Below, in pieces: positions 46,202 through 60,241 of a stretch of DNA of 64,000 nt (positions are counted from its first letter, which is position 1; each line of letters starts with the position of its first letter). Both the position numbers and the translations under genes were made by a program. The notes below the pieces were generated by a model. That model saw only the letters and a list, made by a program, of their open reading frames with translations, had not been told where the DNA came from and did no database searches. Where the stretch lies: contig NC_087454.1 in the NCBI RefSeq assembly GCF_036321535.1, forward strand, positions 19,158,001 to 19,222,000, read 5' to 3'. Origin of the DNA: Camelus dromedarius. Taxonomy: Eukaryota.

Positions 46202-46529
46202 TGCTTTCCCTTTCTCCTTGTCTCTGGCCTTTTGGGACTGTCTGCACTTTTCTGTTTTTGCTTCTTTCAGTTGGTAGCATTTTTTGGATTTCTCTGCCTC
46301 TTTAGGCCTTCTTGTCTGTCCTCTTCTATTTCTCTCTCTCTCTCTTTTTTTTTTTTTTTTTTTTTTGATTGCTTCATTTTCTCAGCTTCAAGGCCTCTTG
46401 GACATTGGACTCTTCCTGGATCTGGGCCTGGAATGTCAGAGAAATGCCTCTGAGTCTCTTCACCAACTGTCACCAACCCAAGTGCCTTTCTGTGACTCTC
46501 AAGTTCTTGCTGGTGCTTCACATCCTTGG

Positions 46530-46675
46530 TAGAACTTTAAAATCATCAGGGGGAGCTTTTAAATTCCTAATGCCCAGGAGACACCCCAGATCAACTAAAC
46601 AGACTCTCTGGGGTTGGGTTCCAGGAATCAGGAGTTTTGAAATCTCTCCAGGTGATTCCAATGTTTAGCCAAGGG
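46530..46675 (+). mobile_element. MER5A-like hAT MITE
   Basis: ..cacccccaga-like core ..ttttgaaatctctccaggtgattccaatgt.. resembles MER5A. Confidence 0.65.
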
Positions 46676-49600
46676 GGGGGACCCACTATCTTATATGATG
46701 AGGCTGTAGGTGGACCTGTCCCTCCCCGTTTCACTCCTTATGCTCCGCCTGGTACCTTATATTTCCTATGCCTTGATCATGACAAAGTTGACCGCACTGC
46801 CAAACCTTTGCCCTCACTGTTCCTTCTGCTCAGGCCCTCCTTCCTCTAGAGATTTCCATGGCTGTCCCTACCTTCTCATTCAGGTCTCAATTCAGAGGTA
46901 ACATATTCAGAGAGGACTTCTTTCACCGCTGTATCTCAAGTAGTTTTCCTCAAAGGCACTATCTCTTTACTTAGAGTTATTGACTCATGGTATTTTGAAC
47001 TATCTGAAATGATCTAATTATCTGGTTTGAGCTGTTTCTATCCAATAGAAGGTAGCTTTGTAGGAATAGGAAGCTAGCCTTTGTGTTCACCACTGCTTCC
47101 CCTGAACCTGGAAGAGCATCTGGCACACAGCGGGTCTCAATAAATATATATACCCAGTCATTGAATTGCCCATCAGCAAGAGGGCAAAGCAAAAGGGTCT
47201 TTTGACTGACTCTGCTTAGGTCTTCTAAATGCCGGACAAAGATATTATCTCTCTCAACAGTCATTCCTCACTGGCAGACGTCAGGCACAACAGCGCTGGC
47301 GGATGCTCATGTGATGTGAGACATGGCGTTCAGTTTGGCTCAAGGAGCTCATGATCTAGTTATCACTTGCCTTCTGTAACCAGATGATGAGGATTCCTGC
47401 TAACAATGCTTTAGCTCAGCTTTTAAGCTGTGGTTACCATGAGTTCACACTTAATGATTCTAGGACATACAGTGCAGGGAAAATGTATTTGGAGACCGAC
47501 ACTGCCAGGAAGTGTCTCACTTCTCAAGACTTTTTCCCTCCGTCTCCGGAATCCCTAACAACTCTACACTTGATCCTCTAATTCCCCCTTAGGTTTATTC
47601 TAGCTCCAGAGAGCCAGATGGGTGGAGGTGATTTTTGGTGTGTGTTGGCTTGGCTTGCTCCGGTTGACCATGACTGGATCCTGCCTCTCTGTTTGCACCG
47701 TATCTTCCCACTCCTTCCAACTCCATCCGGGATGTCTGCCTGCAATGTTGTGGAATGTCATAGCCAGATACCCATGTGTGACATTAGGGATGCTGGGTGG
47801 AAAGGCCTTACCCATCCCTTCATTTCTTTTCCTTCTCTTCCATTTTCCCCCCTCTCTTTTTGTTTATTCTTTAGTCTATCTCCCCTCCACATCAGTAACA
47901 TCCCCATCCTTTTAGAGTCTACAAGTCTTTAGGAGCCTTGGAGGGGGAGAGGTAGGTATGCAAATGTGTTTGGGAGACTGAAGACAAGACAGTCATGGTC
48001 CCTGCCCTTAGGAAGTATGGTAAGGCAGGTCAAGTACATCCATCATCAACCAAATCTGCCATTACTGAATCAGGGAGTGTGATAAGGCAAATAAGGTATA
48101 TCCATCATCAGCTGAGATCTGTCATTACCAAATTGTAAAAGTGCATTGAGGAAAGGAGAGTGAGTTGAAGATTATGTTTACAGAATGGAGAATGAGTGGA
48201 AATGATTTCAGGAAGGCTTCCTGGAGGAGGTGGCTTGTAAATGAAAGGTGGCTTGGGTTGAGTGGGAAAGAAATGAAAAAGCCTGAACAAAGAATATGAA
48301 GCATCTTTGGGGAAAAAACTGGAAGTGGGAAAAGGGCCCCAGGAGGTAAGAAGCACAGATGAAGGAGACCACAGTTCTATCTCAGTTCCCACCTACCATG
48401 CCACTTCCCAAAGATCTTCTTCAATCTTGATTGCTTCTATAAAGAGTTGTTTTTTAAAAAAGACTCTGCTGTTTATAATGTGCCTTAACATACCAGAATG
48501 TCCTATTAGAGCATGGCATCTTTCCTATTCCATGGCTCCAAGAACTCTGGGTAAAACATCCCCTGGTGTGCAGGGCAGCCTCAGGAAGGGTGAACTTGAT
48601 GTTGAGATAGAGGACGAAGATTCAGTCAGATTAACCAAACAATCCTGAAGCTCAAAAAACGTGACCGAGGTTATAAGACTGTCACTCTCAGCCTGGTCTC
48701 TTATTTAACCCTGTAACAGCTGTGGGGTCGAGAGTCCAGCCATTTTACAAGAGGACTCTGGGATTCCAGCATGGTAGGGAATTTGCCTGGGTTCAAATAA
48801 CTGGTTAGAGGCAGAACTAGGGCTGAAATTCAGATCTACTGCCTCCAAATTCTGTGCTCTTTCCCTAAAACATTACTTCCTTTCTTCTGAGACTTTATTT
48901 TCCCTTCTATGTCCCTCCTGGAAGCCTCCTTTGCCCCTTCTTCCCTTAAATCCCTGCTTAAGGCTAATAGTTTCTCTGAGATGTTGCCCCTCCTTCAAGT
49001 TTATTCTGGATGCTCATTTATTCTTTTTCCTTCTGACAGCCCCCCATCAATGTCACTGACATTTCTTTATCCATCTTTTAAATTCCCCCTTAAACATTCA
49101 CTAATCATTCTTCTCTTCTCAGTGTTCCCTAGACCTTCTTGTTTCCCAATCCTTTAGCAGTGTTCCACGCATTCATTCATCCATTCATTTAATCATTCAA
49201 TGACTATTTCCTAAGCACCTACTATAGGTCAAACACTGTTCTAGAAATTGGGATATGTTGGTGAACAAGCCAGCCACAGTCACTTATCCTCTGGCAACTT
49301 AGATTATATTGAGAAAGACTAACAGTAAGCAAGTAAACAAATAAATCAATAAGATAATTATAGATGTGATAAGTGCTTTGGAGAATATAAAGTGGGTAAT
49401 ATAAGAGGAATTAACTGGAGGAGGTGCACACTGCTTTTAATAGGGTGTTAGAAAAAACTTGTCTGAGGAGGTGACATTTGAGCTGAACCTGAACTGATGA
49501 GAGGGAGTCAGCTGTAAGAAGAGTTCGGGGAGAGCTTTCCAGGCAGCAGGAACAGCAGGTGCCAAGGCCTTGGAGTTGGGGAAGATCTTGATGAAAATCT

Positions 49601-49800
49601 CATGCTCTGAGCTGTGATGAGAATGGTTTAATGTGAGATTGGAGAAGTACTAAGAGCTAGGCTGTGCAAGACCTTAAGGATCAGGATAAGAAATTGGGTT
49701 TTGTTCTAGGAAGGGCTTTGATTGGGGAATTTACATGGTTGAATTTATGTATTTAGGGACTTACTTTGTCTTAGTGGTCTTGTTTCTTCATTTCCTTTTC

Positions 49801-49926
49801 CTTTTTTGGCGGAGGGGGGGAGATAGGCAATTAGGGTTATTTATTTAGTTATTTATTTAATGGAGGTACTGGCAGGACCTAGTGCATGCAAAGCACCCAC
49901 TCTACCACTGAGCTATACCCTCCTGC
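49801..49926 (-). mobile_element. Vic-1-type SINE with B-box deletion and 15-bp TSD
   Basis: Flanked by CTTCATTTCCTTTTC at 49786-49800 and 49927-49941. Lacks the GGATTGAACC segment seen in the other copies. Confidence 0.85.
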
Positions 49927-50269
49927 CTTCATTTCCTTTTCTACCTCTCATCCTCCTTCTCATATTTATATTCAAGATGAGCATCTCATTCCCATGCCCA
50001 CTTCCCCCTCAGGGGAATGAGTCTTCGAAACAAACAACATATTAACATATATAGTACAGCCAATGTAGCTAATTTGATTCTGGTTCCTACTTCTATTACA
50101 GAGTTCAAAGAATTAGAGATTTGTAGAACATTAGAGTTAAAAGGATCATTAACCTTTACATTACAGATAAGAAAATTAAGGCCCAGAAGGGTGTCTTAGC
50201 TTGTCCAGGATAACTGGTGTGCAAGTGAGGAAGCTTTTGTGGTCCTCATAGTTCAAGAGTGCGAGAGCA

Positions 50270-50375
50270 GGGGGGAGGGTACAGCTCGGTGCTAGAGCAC
50301 ATGCTTAGCATGCCTGAGGTCCTGGGTTCAATCCCCAGTTCCTCTATTAAAAAAAAAAAGTAAAAAAAAAAAAAA
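50270..50375 (+). mobile_element. Vic-1-type SINE
   Basis: GGGGGAGGGTACAGCTCGGTGCTAGAGCACATGCTTAGCATG...GTCCTGGGTTCAATCCCC plus poly-A. Confidence 0.88.
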
Positions 50376-51065
50376 GCAAGAGCACGTTGCTTCCTGTCTC
50401 TTAGACATTTATCTCAATTTAAAAGGTCTTAACTGACCACTCAGTCTGTGTTCAGAGTTGGGGCCCAGCTTGACAAAGATTAGAAGGAGCAAATGACAAG
50501 GTCCATGCACAACCACACTGAGGTATGATAGTAAGTGTAACAACCACTGCCCACAGGCAGCTTAGAGTCTGTAGGGGAGAGAGATACTGACCAATCACAT
50601 GGTGTCTACAAGCTGTGAAATGAAGGAAAGTTCAGGGTGACGGGAACTGTGTCAGGTAGGTCTCAGTGCAGGAAGCAGAAATCACTCTAGGTATTTTAAG
50701 TAGCAAAGGATTTAATATGGGGAACTGGTTGACAAGAAAATCATTGAAAGGCTTGGAGAGTTCAAAGTCAAGAGGTCCTAACTGGACTCTTGGCTTCAAA
50801 GTCAATCACCACAGGTCAAAGTGCCGTAGCTACTGCTAACGTAGCAGCCCCGCCCCAACTGGGCTTCTCATGTCTGTTGGAACTCGTCCACCCTGTCTGC
50901 TACAGGAAGATTCCATCTCATTTCTGCCTTTCACATTTCATACAAATGCATCTAATTGGCAGAATTTAATTCATCTCCAGAACTCTAGCAGCAAAAAATT
51001 CTGAGAAATAGCTTTTTCTTTCCAACCTCTCCAAATAGAAAGGGAATGTAGTCAATCCACATATC

Positions 51066-51249
51066 TAGAGTTGCCAGGTAAAATATAGGCAGTTTTGAAT
51101 TTCAGATAAGCAATGAATTTTTTAAAATATAAGTATCTCCTAAATATGGTATGGGGCATACTTATGCTGAAAAATGACTCACTATTTATCTGAAATTCAA
51201 ATTTCAAGTAGGTATCTTGTATTTGTACTTGCTAAATCTAGCAAGTCTA
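51066..51249. mobile_element. MER53 palindromic MITE
   Basis: Termini TAGAGTTGCCAG / CTAGCAAGTCTA. Perfect 16-bp inverted arms at 51094-51109 and 51186-51201. Confidence 0.88.
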
Positions 51250-53385
51250 CAAAGATCCAGCACAGAGACTGATAGCAGGGAGCTCTAACTTAGAAGGGGG
51301 TTGAGGAAGTCCTCTCTGAGGAGATGACATTTAGGAGAAGACCTGAGAGATGAAGAAGGGTTCCTCCGGCACAGAGAGGAGGGAAGGGTGTTCTAGGCAG
51401 AGGGAACAGCTTTGCAAAGACTCTAAGGCAAGAAGAGTTTGGGCTAATTTAAACAAAGCTGGCACGTGGGGAGCTGAGGGTAAAGATAATACAAGTTGAA
51501 TGAAAACTTAGGCAGAGACCAGATATACAGAGTCTTAAGCTTTGAGTAGTGGATTAAGACAAGCGTGGAATGGGAGGGACCCAGAGCCACTACATGCTAG
51601 TGGCCTCCCCCAGAGTTGTGTGAGATGGTCATCCTGAAGAGAGAAAACTATTCCAGTGATTTAGGTGAGAGATTGTGATGACTTAGGTAGGAGCCAGTGG
51701 AGCTGGAAAGGAGCAGGGCAATTTAAGATATATTTTGTAGACAGAATTGAAAGAAGTGTTGAGTGGTCATTGGATGGTAAAGGAGAGGAAAATCAAGGGT
51801 GAGCTCTTAGTTCCTGGAATGGACAGCTGGGTTGATGGAAGAGCTATTAGAGAAATGAGAAAAGCTCTTAAGGAGCTTTGGGTGTTGAGATGGGATCGTA
51901 AGAGAGGAGGAAGGGGCAAAGTGATGAGATACCTTGTTTCAGTCAGACAGCAGTGCACAGCTACTACTTTTCTCTGCAGAATATTCCCTAACATTCCCTT
52001 ACCTGCCTGCTCCTTCTGACCTCCCTCCCTGCTTTTCCCTCCATCATTTTCTCTTTCTTATTCTCTCTCTCTCTCTGTTTTTTTTGTTTGTTTGTTTGTT
52101 TGTTTTTGGTTTTTTTTTTTTTTGGTTTTTTTTTTGGCTTTTAGTCATTCTATTTCCTGGACAGTATCAGAAGCTCAGCCTGTGAGATGGATGGAGTGTG
52201 GGAAGCTAGACATGGAAAGATTTCTCATGATCCTGTGGTCCACAGCTTCCCAGCGGACCTGGTGAACCATTCACTGTCTCTTCCCTGGAACCAGGAAAGT
52301 GTGAGGCTGGGACGAGGAAGAAGAACTCAGACTGAAGCGACTGAGGACACGTCATTCTCCAGCAGATGGGAAACAGACTAGTCTAAACCCTTCACTTTAG
52401 AACTGAGAAAACTGAGGCCTTTGCCCATCCTGACTAAACCAGGTAAGAACCTGCAGAGTATGAAGGAACACACACCCCACTTGGAAACAGTGGAGTTTTC
52501 AAGATTTAACTCAACTCTTGTTATTTTTATGACTGTAAAGTGGAAATAATTATACTTATATCAGAGAGTTGTTTTAAGGACCAAAGGAAATAATTTATAT
52601 TCATTTATTCAACAAATGTTTATTAAGCACCTACTATGTGCCAGATACTATTGGGAGGTAGGGACTCAGTAGAGAACAAGGCAGACAAGAATCTGCTTCC
52701 ATGGGAAGTATACTCTAATGGGGAAAACAGATAATTAACAAATAAATAAGTGAAATGTACGACAGGTATCAGAAAACAACATAAACCTTGGAAGGAAGAT
52801 AGAGGTACTGCATAGGGTGGGCAGGGTTATAATTTCAACAGGTAATATTTGAGCAAGGATTTGCAGCAGGTGAAAGAATTAGACAATTGCTTATTTGGAG
52901 GAAGACTGGTCCAGACTGAAGGAAACTCAGGGGCAAAGGGTGAGAAGCAGAAGCAACTGATGTGTGAGATTTAGCATGAAGGCCATGTGGCTGGAGCAGA
53001 CGGAGCAGTGGGGAGAGTGGGAGGAAGTTAGAGAGGTGATGGGCTGACTGTGTGTGGTCTTGAAGCCATTGTGAGCACTTTCTTTGGCACTGAGTGAGGG
53101 GATGCAGGGAGGGGAATGAGGTGGTGAGAAGGGGCTGCTTCTGGATGTGAGTTGATGGAGAGCTGACAGGGTTTGATGCTGAGTTGGATGTGGGATATGA
53201 GAGCAAAATAGGAGTCAGCAAAGCTCAAAGAGATTTGGTTCAAGCATCTGGGAGGATGGTGCTGCCAGTGACTGAGGTGGGGAAAACTGTGGGGAGCCAG
53301 TGTGGGTGGGAAGTCAGGAGCTGAATGGTGGACGTGTAAAGCTGAGCTGCCTGTCAGCTATCCAGCTGCTTCATGAACTGTGCAA

Positions 53386-54150
53386 TGTCAGAGGAAATAC
53401 TCAATAACCATTCTATAATAAGGCTGGAAGAGAGTTTTATTCAACCCAGACTGAGGACTGTAGCCTGGGAAACAGAGATTCCAGGAGCACTTGAATTGCA
53501 TTCTGCCGGACTACAAAGTGAGGGAGGCTTATAAAGGCAAAAACCACAAAGTTACGCAAGTTGTTTGTCAAGAATTAGAATTGGAGCTGGCAAGAAGTAA
53601 GGGTGCCTGTTGAATAAGGATTGGTTGGGATTTGAAATGGTTGCATAGTTACAAGGAGAGACCTTGAGACCATAAGGTTGCAGCTGGCAGCTGCCAAGAG
53701 ATACTGTTTTGAGAATGGCTGGTGGTGTTTGATATAGTTCAGAAAATTCAAGTTCTCAGTGGTGCAGGAACGCATCTGAAACAACAATCACAATGGCCAC
53801 CCAGCTCTACTTTGGATTCCTGAACCACAGTTACTCCATTTTAATTTTTTTTTGTCCCCTTCCTCCTCTATTTTAATTTTTAAATGCATTTTTTTATTTT
53901 TAAATGCATTTTTTCTTTAATAGTCAGAGCAGATGTCTAATGCATGCTTGACAGGCCATAAGACAGGCTGTTCTAGTTAGCATAAAGTTCACACAAATCA
54001 TGCGTAAACCAGAATGACTTCCCCATACTTCACCATATGAACATTTCTTCCATCAAGCCCATGTAAGCATATGACATTATGAGTAGTGGCAGAGCCAAAA
54101 AGAATAGTTTGTTTATATAGAAATTTATCATCTTCAAAGTGTCCCCTCCC
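53386..54150 (-). mobile_element. ERV1-type LTR fragment inserted in L2
   Basis: Starts TG at the L2 break. Reverse-strand AATAAA (ttttatt, about 53436) and LTR-like composition. The far end is uncertain. Confidence 0.55.
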
Positions 54151-56324
54151 CCTCTTTTTTTTTTTTTTTTTGTTTTACTTTTTAAATTTTACTAACTACT
54201 CCATGACAGTGCATAACATCTAGTTACAGGGAAGAAACCAGGGTCCAGGTGTGCTTGTCCAGGGTCAAAGGCTGCAGGGGGCAGAGTCGACGCTGGGATT
54301 CAAGCGCTTCTCCCAACCCAGTGTTAGAACCCTGACTCCTGACTCCCCGGGTCAGACACAAAGAGAGTCAGAGACACAGACTATGAGTCAGAGAAATCAA
54401 GTCAGAAACATGAAAGGAAGCGTGAGGCAGAGCAGGGACACCCGTGAGGGAGACAGCAACACAGAGAATGACCTAGAAAAGCCTAATGAGCTGGCGAGCA
54501 GTTGAGAGGAGCCCCACGTGCCTCTCAGGTCTTGGCCCACATGACAGACTCTCCCTCCCTCCCTTCCTCTTTCCAGGTGACCTGTCACCAAAACATCACT
54601 GGCACGCTGCTGGCATCCAGCCTGCCAATTAGTTCAGGAGCCCCTCCCTTTGACTTCCTCTGGGGCCTCAGGTGTACTCCCTCCCAACACACCCCTCCAG
54701 CCCCGTGCTGCCCTGCCTTGCCTCCGGAAGGAAAACTGGCCTGGGGACCTGAGGACTCTGCGGCTCCCCTCACCAAGCCCCGCCCTGCGCGGAGCGTGGC
54801 ATCTCGCACCCTTTTATCTGCCACCTTTGAGCTTCTTGAAACCAAAGCTTGGTAGAGGCATCAATGGCCACTCCCGGCGCCCCCGCCCCATGGGTGGGGT
54901 ATGGGGGGGTGGGCAGGAAGGGCAGGGAGGGGCTTCAAGGAAGTGGAGGGAAAGGACCTCACCAAAGCTCGTGGGATGGCGTTGCGGAAGCTGTGAAGAT
55001 TCATTTACACCTAAGAGGAGAAAGGCAAGCCTGCGGAGGAGTCACGGGAGGAATTAATGGAGAACAGTGCCCACCAAATTAGATAAAGAGGACTGGAGGG
55101 TGAAACAATAGCACCAGAAATGAATGGAGGGCAGAGATGGAGAGGCTAGAGATGATCTCACAGAGTGACTGGGCTTGGGGAAAAGATTTGTCAGAACTCA
55201 GTTAAGTTGGAAGTGATTTTGGAGAAAGGGTTGTAACACTTGTTACTTTTTAGAGTGTTTTTAGATATTTTCATTTGCTTTATCCTCATAAAATAGATAT
55301 TTTTGCCCCATTATACAGATCAAGAAACTGAGGCTCAGAGAAGTTAAGTGACTTGTCCCAAATCACACAGCTGGATTCTAAAAGCTCTCCTGTATCCTTG
55401 ATACTAGAAGTGCAGCTGCTTCTGTACTAGAAGAGAGATTAGAATTTTAGGAAGTTGAAGATTTTCATGCAACAAACATTTATGGAGCCCTTTTTATGTG
55501 CCAGGCAATATGCTAAGCACCAAAGATGCTAAGACAGTCTGTCTTCAAAAGGCTGAGCTTAACTGGGGAGGAATGTGAGTGGTACAAACAGGACAGGAAG
55601 GCAGCCCAGATGACTGAGGGCTCTTCTCTGAGGGAGTGCAGCTTTCACAGAGAAGGTGACGCTCGGAAGAAGGGAAGTATTTCCCCAGTGGTGGTGTGAG
55701 AGGGGAGGAAGAGGGACTTTGAGGCGTAAGCAAGCAGTGTCTGGGAGCACTCCAAGGAGTTGAGTGCGTTAAAAGAGAAGAGAGGAGGGCTGTGAAAGGA
55801 ACCGCATGGAGATCAGTGACATTTAATTCAGTATGTACTTAAAACCATTGCATAGCTGTAGCACGGGCTGAGGAGGAAATCTTACAACTATACTGTTAAG
55901 GGATAATGAGAATGTGTCTCCATTATGTTGGAGTAATAGAAACTTACATGAAGTTAAAGGAACATTCATGGAGAATTTCTATGTGCCAGAGAGCATGCAT
56001 AATCATATACATTATCTAATCTAATCCATGTAGCCATTAAAAAGGATGAGGAAGACCTATTTGGACCGACTTGTGAAGATTTCTAAGACCCACAGTTAAA
56101 AGAAACAGTAAGCGCAAGATATTTTGTACTATGAGTTGTGAGCCATATTAAAGACACACAGGGCAGGGTTTGGTCAGAGGGAGCAAGGACTACAGAGCCA
56201 GGGAAGCTCATGATAGCAGGGTGTGTCTCTATGGTGAGGACGGTGGGTTGTGTCTGGGGCTGGAGCTAAAGGCTTCATATTAGCCCTGTTCTCCTAGGTG
56301 GGTCTCGGAGAGGTTGTTTCTTTA

Positions 56325-56575
56325 CTTTTTTTTATTTTTGTTGAGTTGTAGCTGCTGTACAATATTATGTGTTACAAGTGTACAAATTAGTGATTCACAA
56401 TTTTTAAAGGTTACACTCCATTTATAGTTATCAGAAAATATTGGCTATATTCCCTGTACAATGCATCCTTGTAGCTTATTTATTTTAGCCATAATAGTTT
56501 GTATCTCTTAATCCCCTCCCCCTCTCTGGCCCCTCCCCTGCCCCTTCCCCCACTGGTAACTACTAGTTTGTTCTC
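56325..56575 (-). mobile_element. L1 3'-end fragment (cetartiodactyl-type)
   Basis: T-tail followed by tacaatattatgtgttacaagtgtacaa..aaatattggctatattccctgt..ccccactggtaactactagtttgttctc. Confidence 0.8.
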
Positions 56576-58306
56576 AGGGAGTTTAAAGTGGGAAAAGCAC
56601 ACTGTGATGAAGCATGTTACAGAGGTGGTTCTGGCCACAGGTGGAGAAGGGACTAGAGCAGGGAGCGGGAGCGCGGGGGCTGCACAGGTCTGGAGTGTGG
56701 GATGGAGAGGAGGAGGATGGACCTGTGTGAAACTGGTCTGAGGGAGTGAGGAGGGGAGCAGGTCTCAACATCGCTGATGAGAGAAGAAAGAGGAACGCAG
56801 AACCAAGATTAGTTTTGGGGAGTGTAGTCAAAGTTATACACAGGCATGAAAAGTCAAATCATGAGCTAATGAGGAAAACTAGCAGCCCCACCCACCTCCA
56901 TCACTTTTCAACTTTTTTAGCTGATTGGCTTTTTGGTATTTGTCTCCATATCTGTAAACAGGATTTTATTACCCTATTTTATTTATTGCTCTTTCTATTT
57001 TAGGCATTATCTATTTGCTTTTATGAAAGAAACAACCTTTTTTTAACCATCAACCTCACTTGGTCCTCACCTTCCCTACCATCCTCACTTTAAAGCTGTT
57101 TAAAAAATACACACACACATTCATATATATATTTCCGTATGTACATAAATATGCACATAAATGCAGAGAAAAATGTCCTGAAAGACCATATCAAATTAGG
57201 ATCCAAGGGGTCACTGACTGCAGGAGACTTTCTTTCTACCTGTCTGGTTTACATTCTTTACAAGTGAATGTATACATTAATTACTTGTGTAGTTAAAAAA
57301 AAAAAACTAATCCACACAATAGTAAAAGGTAATTATCATCACCCACAGTTTACAGATGCAAAAACTAAAGCCCAAAGACTTAATTAATTTGTTCAAAGTC
57401 TTACAGCAAGCAAGCACAGCTGGTAAAAACCAGACTTGAGCCTGAAGGAGGAGAAGGTTGCAGCGTCGGGACACGACAAAAGGAAATGAAAAAGGAAGCC
57501 AGGAATCTTTAACAGGGGAGGAGCCACCTTTGGCAGAAAGGGGTCATGAAGGCAGAGGCAGGAGGCGGTAAAGCATAGCTCCTGATTGGAAGGAGGTGCC
57601 AAGGGCTCTGTGGGGGAAGGGATCGCACTAGTACTGAGACAGAAACACTGGACTACAGGACGCAAGGTCACGCCTGTCCTTAGGGAGCATCCCCAGAGAA
57701 CTCAGGTGCCAGGCATCTGCAGTGAGTCACTGGATCCCAGAAACTGACGGCAAGAGTGAGATCATCACCTCAAAAGGCAGAGAGCAGAGACAACAAGGCC
57801 CTTGGGGTCCAGGGAGCTTAACCTGTCTGGTCAGAGGTCACTGTCACAAAACCAACAAAGAATTCATATCTGATAGGTTTTCCTCAGGGCTTAAATGAGT
57901 AGGTAGGGGAGTCACTGTGAGGCTATGATATCAGGCAGGGTGACAAACAAAAACAGCCAGGCCAAGGAAACCAGCTGCAGAGTCTGTGCTGGGAGAAAGA
58001 GGGATGTCTGCGGAGCAGAAGCCTGGGAGAGGTCACAGCCAAGGCAGCTGGCCCCTCACTAATTGAGACCCAACTTCACCAGAGCCTGGGGTCACCTGTC
58101 CCCTCCCATGGCCATGGGGGCGGTGACCATGAGGGCTAAATGTGTCAGCCCTGTGACCTGGGATTATATGACTGAGTTGGGGGCTGGACACTGCAGATAA
58201 ATTCAAGACTTGATATATTTGAAAATTTCTTGCATTGAACATAAAAATAAACACACATGCGCCAACTCCACTGATTCATCCTTTCCTCATTTCCCATCCC
58301 AAACAC

Positions 58307-58858
58307 TGAGAGAACAGCCCAAAGAACCAAAGAACAACCTCTGACATTCAGAAGCTGGCTTGACACTCACAGGTAAACCATGTTGTTCTCCTATTAGGTA
58401 CAGAACAACAACCTCAGACAAATTTACTCTGAAGTCATATGAGAAAAAGCAAGACCAGTAATCTGAGCACAGACAAAAAAACGAGGTCACTACGCCACCC
58501 ACAAAATACTAAACACTCCCTCCCTTGGCCAAAAAAAAAAGGCTGCTACTTCTTTACCGATTACAACTCTACCTTCGTTCTAGTCTCCCCTTCCTGTAGG
58601 ATTGATTGAGATACCCAGTCATAGAATTTACCCTACTTCCTGACAGCATTCTATCTAGAGCAAATCCTGCTTCCTTAGACCCTCCCCAAAATTACCTAAC
58701 CAAAGGCCAAATCCTATAATAGGTTTTTGTTGTAATACTCTCTCACCCAGATGTCCCACATTTCCCTGTGGTGTGAGTTCTCTTTTGGTGCAAAGAGTAA
58801 TAAACCCAACTTGTCAACTACAGCTGTGTTTCTGGGGGTCTTTGGTATCTGGAGGACA
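58307..58858 (+). mobile_element. Solo ERV LTR (MER21/MER34-like)
   Basis: TG...CA termini, internal AATAAA 58799-58804 followed by a U5-like tail. Confidence 0.7.
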
Positions 58859-60241
58859 TGGGTAACACCCAGTGTTTCTTTTCTTTATTCTTACCCTCTG
58901 GGATCTACACTGAGGATCTGGACCCAGGCTGTGTGGGAAATGGTGGAAAGGCAGGAAGTGCTGTCAGAAGGGACATAACAAGACATGCATTCACTCAGCA
59001 AATATTTACTGGGCACCCACGCATGCCACACACTGTTCTAGGTGCCAAGGACAATAGGCAAATAGAGTAGGATCCAAGATTTTTCAGGAAGCTCTTTTGG
59101 GGGGGAGAGACACATGAACACACCATTATGATTGACAGATAATCACAATGATTGAGAGATGCCCTGGGGGCTGCTACCTGCTCAAGAAAAGAGGCATCCA
59201 CACTAGTGTAGCATGGGAGGTGGGCTTTCTGGGGAAGGGAATGCTTAAGGCCTTGGAGGCTGAGGACAATCTCATAAGAAGGGACTAGGAGACCAGGTAA
59301 GGGCAATGATAAACAGCGTGGTGAGTGGGGAAATTTTCCATGCCAATGATTTCATTAGAGTGAAAAATACTAAGCAGATTGGGGGAGGGATTAGGCTGGA
59401 GGCACCCACAATCGTGAAATGGAGTTGGGGGTTTGGCCTTTATCCTTTAGCAAAAGGGAGCATTATGGAAAATCTGTTGAAAGTTCTCTAAGTCCTGACA
59501 TGATGAGGTTATGTTTTTAAACATTATTTGAATGTCTGCAACTTACTGGAAAATGCATAAAATGGTAAGACAGACTGACGGATAGATAAAGGGAAGGATA
59601 GATGGAAACATTTGATAAGGCAATTATAGTAAAATTGTCATGTTAGAATCTAAGTGGTGGGGAGTTGGGTGGTCCCTGTAAAATTCTTCCAACTATTCTG
59701 TTTGAAAATGTTCGTAATTAAATTGGGGGGGGGGATGTGAATTATGTTGGCCTTGGTCATGGAAGACAGATTGAGCAAGATAAGTCTAGAGGCAGGGAGA
59801 TGAGGGAAGTAGCTGTCATAATGCAGATGAGTGCTGATGCCCTGATCCAGGCAGCAGCAGGATGATGGCTTGATCTAAGCACCCAGAGGATGGAGGGAAG
59901 TGCGTGGAGTCCTGAAGTAGGAGGAACATCAGCAAGGCTGGAGCCTGTAGGACTGTAAGACTGAGGAAGAAGAAGGACTTGGAGTTTAACACTCAGGTGA
60001 GGGTGACTGGGTGGGGGATTGTGGCAGCACATGAGTAGAGAATAGGCAGTGGGAACAGATCTGGGGAGGGGACAAGGTGGCTTGATGGTCATGAAGTGTC
60101 TGCAGAGACATGTTTTGGGACTCACAGACCCCTGGCTCCTTAAGGGAGCCTGGCTGGTGGGAGAAGTGGGGCTCATCCCTGTGGGTCTCCTTCTCTTGAC
60201 TGTTAGCCCAGTTTACACTGGACTTCCCCAAGGGTGGGTGG

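Larger units (their letters stand above)
49170..53385 (-). mobile_element. Cluster of L2 fragments (about 49170-49740, 51250-51930, 52570-53385) interrupted by younger elements
   Basis: Repeated L2 3' signatures (cattcattcatt..taagcacctactatgtgccag; gaggaggtgacatttgagctga). Confidence 0.7.
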
